The notes beneath the pieces are model-generated. The model worked only from the letters and a program-made list of their open reading frames with translations, searched no databases and was not told where the DNA came from. Positions 57,892 through 64,000 of a stretch of DNA of 64,000 nucleotides are shown piece after piece. Source of the stretch: an uncultured Bacteroidota bacterium (GTDB lineage: Bacteria; Bacteroidota; Bacteroidia; Chitinophagales; Chitinophagaceae). Location: the NCBI GenBank assembly GCA_963766585.1, contig CAVYAV010000001.1:343761-407760 (forward strand). Reading direction: 5' to 3'. Position 1 is the first letter of the stretch. Each line of letters begins with the position of its first letter. The position numbers were made by a program, and so were the translations under genes.

Positions 57892-59568
57892 TTAAAAAAC
57901 GCTTTTATTGGCAAAATATTTTTGAATCAGATTTCTATCCTCATCATAAATATCCTCGTAAAACCGGATTTTACTGTCCTTCCCTTCACAGGTAAAATAG
58001 CGGATATAGAGCGGTAGCTTATGGAATCCCGTAAACATATGCTTTTCGCCCCGTGCAATATAAGCTTTAATGGTATCCGCTGGGATTCGGAGCGTATCGT
58101 TCCGGACAAGGTAGTTAGCGAGTTTTTCCCACTCTTTTACACGTACGCATCCATGACTGATAGCCCGGTAAGATTTTCCGAACATCCAGCGTACATTAGT
58201 ATCATGAATATACACACTGTATTTATTCCTGAAATTAAATTTAATAACACCCAGAGAATTATCATCTCCCTGTCTTTGTTTTAATTGGTATGGAAAATGC
58301 TCCCTATTGAGTTTATACCAGTTGATCGTTTTAGGATCAATTACACTGTCCTCATCGTTGACAACCATGAGATTTTGTTCGTCCAGGAATTCCACGTTTT
58401 TTTGAATTTTGGGCAACATCTCCTTAAAAATAATGCTATAAGGCACTGTCCACTGCGGCATAGTAATAAAATTCGAAATTTCACTTGTCAACTGGGGAGA
58501 ACGGGTAACAGGTCCACCGACAATGACTTTGGATGAAAAAACCACCGTGTCGGTATTGATTACACGAAGCAGAAAAGCAGGCAGGTTAACCCAAATATAG
58601 GTTTCAGGAAGTGAGTCCGGCAGTTGTTTATAACGGTCAAGCGTAATCGCAATGCGTTTGAATTTTTCCAGGTCGGTATTATTCAGTCTGTCTACCAGAG
58701 AATTGGAAGTCTCTCCCGTAATTTTAAATTCATTTTTCTGCTGAAAACGGATGATAGCCGACCTGAATTTACGGTAGCTCATGGGTGGGACTGTATCTGA
58801 AAGGTTTCCCGTTTCAACCAGCCGTTTCTGTAACAGGTGAAAGAAACTTACAGAATCCGTGTACGGATACGGCAGATAAGTATACGGGGCAAAGGAGGCT
58901 GAGTCCAGGAACGATCCGATATATGCCCGCAGGGAATCGTAACCCTTTGAACGGGGTTCCAGATTGTGAAGCACCAGGGAAACATTTCCGGTTTGTAAGG
59001 CTTCATTCAAGGCCGCAGTATAGAAATTGTTGCGCAATATGGTATCCCGTCGAAGGGTAACAGTGTCATAAGGAATCCGGCCCTGTTTCAAGTCTTTTGC
59101 CATTTGGAAAAAAGCATCTGTCAGCAGAATGTCCTTTCGTGCCCAGAATGCCGCATTGCGGGCAGCGTTAGTATCCAGAGCAAATGCACGGTCTATAAAA
59201 GCCAGCATGTAGTAATGATAATCATTAGGGAAAAGCCCCCATAGACGACTGTTCTGGATGAGATTGATGAAAGATACCCCCTCCGGAGTCGTTTTTTCAT
59301 TTCTGAGCCAGATAGGTTTATAATCACTGGCGGTATAAAGACTATCAATCAGAGGCGTAAATGATATGATTACGGAATCGTTCAGCCGGTTCTGATTTGT
59401 CTTCAGGTATTCGAGGGTATGATGAATATCTTCCGCTGTAATTTCCGAGAGTTTTACCGGATTGGCTACAATGTGTTTTTCCGGAGGCTTGACTTCTTTA
59501 TTTTTGCATTGAATGAAAAAAATACCTGCAACACAAAAAAATAAAAAATACGATCTGTGATTTCTCAT
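57892..59568 (-). CDS. L,D-transpeptidase family protein (YcbB-like, YkuD catalytic domain)
   Basis: 558 aa with a signal peptide. The C-terminal YkuD domain has YIHDTN... and the catalytic SHGCVRV motif. Confidence 0.85.
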   Translation of the reverse strand: MRNHRSYFLFFCVAGIFFIQCKNKEVKPPEKHIVANPVKLSEITAEDIHHTLEYLKTNQNRLNDSVIISFTPLIDSLYTASDYKPIWLRNEKTTPEGVSFINLIQNSRLWGLFPNDYHYYMLAFIDRAFALDTNAARNAAFWARKDILLTDAFFQMAKDLKQGRIPYDTVTLRRDTILRNNFYTAALNEALQTGNVSLVLHNLEPRSKGYDSLRAYIGSFLDSASFAPYTYLPYPYTDSVSFFHLLQKRLVETGNLSDTVPPMSYRKFRSAIIRFQQKNEFKITGETSNSLVDRLNNTDLEKFKRIAITLDRYKQLPDSLPETYIWVNLPAFLLRVINTDTVVFSSKVIVGGPVTRSPQLTSEISNFITMPQWTVPYSIIFKEMLPKIQKNVEFLDEQNLMVVNDEDSVIDPKTINWYKLNREHFPYQLKQRQGDDNSLGVIKFNFRNKYSVYIHDTNVRWMFGKSYRAISHGCVRVKEWEKLANYLVRNDTLRIPADTIKAYIARGEKHMFTGFHKLPLYIRYFTCEGKDSKIRFYEDIYDEDRNLIQKYFANKSVF

Positions 59569-59627
59569 CTAAGTATACCGGGTTTGAAAATTAACCGTGG
59601 ACCTTTCGCGGGAATGATCCTTCGGCC

Positions 59628-60392
59628 ATGGCCTTTAAAGAAACAACTTATTGGATGAATAACAAAATATTGAAGGGTGATCAGAAAATACATGGCATAA
59701 CAGTTTTTTTTCTTCTCTTGAATTCAATGGTTTACGCCCAAAATCTACCCCGGAGTGACTATGGACTGATCTATATCAACAATACTCCCTTATATGAGAA
59801 AAGTATTATAAATCATCCTGAAAAGGAAATGGTTTCGATTGGAAGAATCAGGGGCCTCGTTCTTGATCTCCGGTATGCTACACCGGATAATTTTATGCAC
59901 AAAAGATTGTATCCCGCAGGAACAGCCTCTAGTTTCCTTAGAAAACGGGTCTATCAGGCCTTAGATAGTGTTGCAATGGAACTTTTCCGCCAAGAAATAT
60001 CACTGGTAATATTTGATGCCTATCGTCCATATTCCGTTACAGTTGAAATTTGGAACCAGATAAAAGACGATCGTTACGCGGCTAACCCTGCGAAAGGAAG
60101 TGGGCACAATCGCGGTATTTCAGTGGACCTGACTATGGCTGACGCGAAAACGCATCAGTTACTTCCCATGCCCACGGCTTTCGATAATTTTTCTGATTCT
60201 GCCCATCAGGATTTTTCAGGTACGGATGAAATACGCAGAGCGAACCGGGAACTATTAAAACTTACCATGGAAAAATATGGGTTTATTCCCTTGACTACGG
60301 AATGGTGGCATTTCAGCTGGCCACCTTCGGAAAATTATGAAGTATTGGACCTGAGTTTTCAGCAATTGTCTGAATTGGAAAAAAAGCAATAA
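59628..60392 (+). CDS. M15-family D-alanyl-D-alanine dipeptidase/carboxypeptidase (VanX/DdpX-like) with N-terminal signal-like segment
   Basis: DLRYATPDNF, DAYRPYS, SGHNRGISVDLT and EWWHF motifs. The hydrophobic N-terminus ...ITVFFLLLNSMVYAQ suggests export. Confidence 0.8.
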   Translation: MAFKETTYWMNNKILKGDQKIHGITVFFLLLNSMVYAQNLPRSDYGLIYINNTPLYEKSIINHPEKEMVSIGRIRGLVLDLRYATPDNFMHKRLYPAGTASSFLRKRVYQALDSVAMELFRQEISLVIFDAYRPYSVTVEIWNQIKDDRYAANPAKGSGHNRGISVDLTMADAKTHQLLPMPTAFDNFSDSAHQDFSGTDEIRRANRELLKLTMEKYGFIPLTTEWWHFSWPPSENYEVLDLSFQQLSELEKKQ

Positions 60393-60398
60393 TCGGGG

Positions 60399-61403
60399 CT
60401 AACTTTTTAGAATGCGCGGAATCTTCTGTTCTAAAAGCAAAAGATCGACCAATACAAGTGCTGTTACAGCTTCCAGCACCACCGGAACACGCAGGGCAAT
60501 GCAAAGATCATGGCGGCCTTTGACTGAAAATACTTCCAGACTGCCTGTTTCCCGGTTATAGGTCTCCTGTTCTTTCGGAGTGGATGAAGTAGGCTTAACT
60601 GCAATCCTGAACACCAGTTCATTTCCATTGCTGATGCCACCCACCACCCCACCAGCATGGTTGGTAAGCGTTCTGCCGGTTTTGTCGGCAATGGCATCAT
60701 TGTGTTCCGAACCGAACATTCGAGCGGCGGCAAAACCGGTTCCGAACTCGATGGCACGAATGGCAGGAATAGAAAACACGGCATGGGCGATCAAAGATTC
60801 CACGCTGTCAAAAAATGGTTCACCCAGGGAGGATGGCAGGTTTTGGACACGGCATTCCACAATGCCCCCTACAGAATCTTTCGCATCAATTGCTTTCTGA
60901 AGGCCAGCCTCCAGGTCTGTTAATCCTGCGATTTCTTTTATCCCTGCCTTCACTTCAATATGCATAAGATCCAGGACTTTTTTTGCAATCACGCCTGCCG
61001 CCACGAGAGCAACCGTAAGTCTTCCGCTGAAATGACCTCCGCCCCGATAGTCTTCGAAACCTCCAAATTTCTCGTGTGCCACAAAATCTGCATGGCCGGG
61101 GCGAGGGATGGCTCTTAATTTTTCATAATCACCCGAGCGGGTATTATTGTTTTCAAAAAGAATAGTTATAGGTGCGCCCGTGGTTCTGTCATTAAAGATG
61201 CCGCTTTTAAAAATGGGCAGATCAGATTCCTGCCGCGGCGTAGTGCCTTTTTGAATACCACCTTTTCTCCTTTCTATATCCGGTATAAAATCTTCAGTGC
61301 GTAAGGATAACCCGGCCGGACATCCATCCAGAATCAGTCCCACACCAACACCATGAGATTCACCAAATATGGTCATCCTGAATATGCGTCCAAATGAATT
61401 CAT
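60399..61403 (-). CDS. aroC: Chorismate synthase
   Basis: Starts MNSFGRIFRMTIFGESHG, with ...RPGHADF... and ...GGISNG... motifs. Confidence 0.9.
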   Translation of the reverse strand: MNSFGRIFRMTIFGESHGVGVGLILDGCPAGLSLRTEDFIPDIERRKGGIQKGTTPRQESDLPIFKSGIFNDRTTGAPITILFENNNTRSGDYEKLRAIPRPGHADFVAHEKFGGFEDYRGGGHFSGRLTVALVAAGVIAKKVLDLMHIEVKAGIKEIAGLTDLEAGLQKAIDAKDSVGGIVECRVQNLPSSLGEPFFDSVESLIAHAVFSIPAIRAIEFGTGFAAARMFGSEHNDAIADKTGRTLTNHAGGVVGGISNGNELVFRIAVKPTSSTPKEQETYNRETGSLEVFSVKGRHDLCIALRVPVVLEAVTALVLVDLLLLEQKIPRILKS

Positions 61404-61404
61404 A

Positions 61405-62703
61405 TCAAAAAATCTTATCTAATATATTTACAGAAACACCAAGTTTGGTGAGATCATCGAAAAAAGCCGGATAAGATTTATTGATGGCCTCTGCTTTCTC
61501 AATAAATACAGGTCCAGATGCTCTTAGCGCCGCAACTGCAGTCGCCATTGCGATGCGGTGGTCATGCCTGGAATGGACAGTTGCAGATTGCAGCATATCA
61601 GTTCCATGGATACCCATCACATCATCATGGATCAGAATGTGAACGCCCATTTTACCAAATTCCTGTTGTAGGGTAAGTGCACGGTTGCTTTCTTTAAATG
61701 CAAGGCGGCTTACGCCTTTTATGAAACTGGCCCCCTGACAAACCGAAGCAAGCGCCACCAGCGGAGGAAAAAGATCCGGGCAGTCCGTAGCGTCAAAATG
61801 AAAAGCTTTTAATTTTTTTTCATTTCCTGGCCCGATCTGAATTTCATTTTTACTATACTTTATCCCCGCTCCTGCATCTTTTAGCGCCTGTAAAATTGCT
61901 TTGTCTGCCTGTGTGGAATCCTTGTTTAGACCCCGCACGGTTGCTTCACCAGCGATAGCCCCTGCTACGAGCAGGAAAGCACCTCCACTCCAGTCACCCT
62001 CAACTTCATATTCTATGGTTCCTGTTGGTTTAACCCAGGATTCCGGCGAAAAATAAAAACTTTGGTAATCACTGTTTGCAGGAACTTTCAGTCCGAATGA
62101 GCGCATAACCGACAAGGTTAAATCGATATAAGGTCTGCTTTTTAAATTTTTTACGGTTATGGAAATATTTCGTGCATCGGCTGCTGCATAGGCCATTAAC
62201 AATCCTGTCAGGAATTGTGAACTGAGCGAGCCATCTGTTTCAATATTGGCTGGCACCAGGGGTCCTTGCAGTTGGAGCGGCAGTCTGCCCATATTAGACT
62301 TCACTTCAACTCCCAACCGGGGCAGGATTTCATCAAAAAAATTCATTGGTCTTGACAACAGACTTCCCTCCCCTTCAATCGTCATCTTCTTCCGGTTCAG
62401 GGCCACCAGCGGAGCAAACATACGAATACCCAACCCGCTTTCACCACAGTTCACAAAATCATCAGCAGGCTGTATCCCTTTACTTTCGATCTTTAGCGAA
62501 CCATCCGAAAGATTTTCCACAACAGCCCCGAGTCCCTGAATGACTCTCAGGGCCGCGCGATCGTCATTGGAGGATCCCGGATTGATAATATGAGATTTTG
62601 TATTTGAAACCAATGCCGCTGCGCAAGCCCGTTGCATGGAACTCTTAGAAGCAGGTGCCTGAACACTGCCCCTGATTGTGGATGGAGAAATCGTAACGTT
62701 CAT
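61405..62703 (-). CDS. aroA: 3-phosphoshikimate 1-carboxyvinyltransferase (EPSP synthase)
   Basis: ...PASKSSMQRA..., ...LGNSGLG-like CGESGLGIRM... and ...DHRIAMA... motifs. The ATG at 62703 avoids overlap with aroB. Confidence 0.9.
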   Translation of the reverse strand: MNVTISPSTIRGSVQAPASKSSMQRACAAALVSNTKSHIINPGSSNDDRAALRVIQGLGAVVENLSDGSLKIESKGIQPADDFVNCGESGLGIRMFAPLVALNRKKMTIEGEGSLLSRPMNFFDEILPRLGVEVKSNMGRLPLQLQGPLVPANIETDGSLSSQFLTGLLMAYAAADARNISITVKNLKSRPYIDLTLSVMRSFGLKVPANSDYQSFYFSPESWVKPTGTIEYEVEGDWSGGAFLLVAGAIAGEATVRGLNKDSTQADKAILQALKDAGAGIKYSKNEIQIGPGNEKKLKAFHFDATDCPDLFPPLVALASVCQGASFIKGVSRLAFKESNRALTLQQEFGKMGVHILIHDDVMGIHGTDMLQSATVHSRHDHRIAMATAVAALRASGPVFIEKAEAINKSYPAFFDDLTKLGVSVNILDKIF

Positions 62704-62707
62704 GTTA

Positions 62708-63739
62708 TTATCTGGCGCGGGCAATGGAATAAAGAAGTTTTTCGAGCTGTACCATCGGAATAGGTTTAATGATAGCTTTACCCAGTTTTTCCAGTATTAC
62801 ATAGTGCATGGTATCCCGTAATTTCTTTTTATCCATGCGCATAATTTCAATCACTTTTCCGAAGTCCACAGGAATATCAATAGGCAGTCCATATTGTTGA
62901 AGCAGATTGGTGACCCGGGCTGTTTCCTTAAAATTGGTCACCTGTTCTGAAATCAGGCAGGCTCCTTTAATGCCAATCGAAATAGCATGCCCATGCGGAA
63001 GATGGTAAACATTTTCAACGGCATGCCCCAGCGTATGGCCGAAATTCAAAAGCCTCCTCTCATTTCCTTCAAATTCATCTTTCTGCACGATGGATGATTT
63101 GATCATTACGTTTTTACGTATGAGTTCCGTCAGTGCTTTTTTGTTTTTCCGGTATTCGTGTATGGATTTATTTTCGAGCTCGCGAAAAAGTCCGGCGTCT
63201 TTTATGGCGGCATGTTTGATAACTTCTGCAAAACCATTCACCCATTCTTCAGCTGGCAACGAATTCAATAAGGTGACATCATAAAATAAAAATCCTGGCT
63301 GGCGGATCACCCCGACCATATTTTTGTAATTCCCCACATCGATTCCGTTTTTACCCCCGATAGAAGCGTCGACCATGCCCAGGATAGAGGTGGGCACAAA
63401 ACCGAATGGAACACCCCGCATAAATACGGAAGCCACATACCCTGTAATATCTGTAACCACACCACCCCCCACCCCGATAAGAGTTGTTTTACGGTCGGCC
63501 CCAAAACTGATCAGCTGATCGATGATCTGATCGATCGTTGATTGAACCTTGAAAGTTTCTCCGGCGGGAATCTGGATAAACCGGGCTCCTTTAAAATGTT
63601 TCCTATGACTATCGTAAATATTCTGGTCAGTAATAAAAATAGACCTGTCTTTCTCCACAAGGTCGCCGATTTGTGCAAACGATGCATCAAAATAACAGTT
63701 GGTCTTTGAAGAGGAAAACGAAAAAGTCTTTTTCAGCAT
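62708..63739 (-). CDS. aroB: 3-dehydroquinate synthase
   Basis: GVGGGVVTDITGYVAS, ...GGKNG... and ...LNFGHTLGHA... motifs. Confidence 0.9.
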   Translation of the reverse strand: MLKKTFSFSSSKTNCYFDASFAQIGDLVEKDRSIFITDQNIYDSHRKHFKGARFIQIPAGETFKVQSTIDQIIDQLISFGADRKTTLIGVGGGVVTDITGYVASVFMRGVPFGFVPTSILGMVDASIGGKNGIDVGNYKNMVGVIRQPGFLFYDVTLLNSLPAEEWVNGFAEVIKHAAIKDAGLFRELENKSIHEYRKNKKALTELIRKNVMIKSSIVQKDEFEGNERRLLNFGHTLGHAVENVYHLPHGHAISIGIKGACLISEQVTNFKETARVTNLLQQYGLPIDIPVDFGKVIEIMRMDKKKLRDTMHYVILEKLGKAIIKPIPMVQLEKLLYSIARAR

Positions 63740-63752
63740 GATGGGTTCTTTA

Positions 63753-64000
63753 CTAAGAATTCATGATTTTATTCTGATGATTGATACTTTCCATGTGTAC
63801 CGCGTCAAAATATTTGGTAATAAATTCCTGGCTCAGACCAAGTTTATCACCTTTTTTAAAAGCTCTGTCCAAAATTGCATTCCATCGGTTTGTCTGCAAA
63901 ATGGTGATGTTATTATCTTTTTTATACTGACCGATTTTTTCTGAAATCTTCATTCTTTCCCCAATGATTTGCATGAGCTCATCATCAAGCTGATTGATCT
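63753..64000 (-). CDS. Chorismate mutase type II domain, C-terminal part; the gene continues beyond the window (possibly the CM domain of a bifunctional DAHP synthase/chorismate mutase)
   Basis: The frame stays open to base 64000 (...INQLDDELMQIIGERMKISEKIGQYKKDNNITILQTNRWNAILD...), matching the CM_2 helix pattern. It heads the aroB-aroA-aroC operon. Confidence 0.7.
   Translation of the reverse strand, partial: INQLDDELMQIIGERMKISEKIGQYKKDNNITILQTNRWNAILDRAFKKGDKLGLSQEFITKYFDAVHMESINHQNKIMNS

Noticed and set aside
1-64000. Search for mobile elements, defence islands, toxin-antitoxin pairs, tRNA/rRNA genes and CRISPR arrays.
   Set aside because: I recognised no transposase, integrase, recombinase, reverse transcriptase, restriction/modification, Cas or phage structural gene. 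No tRNA-like cloverleaf candidate turned up in the intergenic regions. The gene content is predominantly core and housekeeping.

Overview
This 64-kb window reads as a densely packed, mostly housekeeping chromosomal segment of a Bacteroidota genome. The gene content looks Chitinophagia/Sphingobacteriia-like: fused SecDF, a double-length NusB followed by DUF1573-YajC-CoaE, a T9SS C-terminal sorting domain, TAnnTTTG -7 promoter boxes and essentially no Shine-Dalgarno signals. I call 56 protein-coding genes, two of them frame-disrupted. I found no tRNA, rRNA, CRISPR array, transposase, integrase or phage-like gene. Recognisable blocks: (1) nusB-DUF1573-yajC-coaE and secDF. (2) A metal-efflux locus at 16.8-25.1 kb: two small secreted proteins (one extremely His-rich), a divergent sensor kinase/response regulator, and TolC-MFP-CzcA/CusA-type RND genes. 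(3) Central metabolism: split methylmalonyl-CoA mutase catalytic subunit, kdsA, aconitase, glmS, sucC, rpiA. (4) An ECF sigma factor with a membrane-anchored beta-barrel partner. (5) The der-era GTPases. (6) A peptidoglycan-remodelling trio: RlpA, a YcbB-like L,D-transpeptidase and an exported VanX/M15 D-Ala-D-Ala peptidase. (7) The aroB-aroA-aroC plus chorismate mutase operon at the right edge. I do not see a clear-cut novel multi-gene system such as a defence island or mobile element. The best leads are the His-rich and basic-repeat mini-proteins tied to the metal-efflux regulon, an ORF-free but structured/coding-like 300-bp gap upstream of tatA, the L,D-transpeptidase/M15 pairing, the sigma/beta-barrel pair and the glmS-linked DUF4954 protein. 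Two conserved genes (a putative porin and mutS2) carry frame disruptions next to homopolymers. This may reflect assembly indels rather than biology. All product calls rest on motif and family recognition by eye from the supplied translations; no database search was possible.
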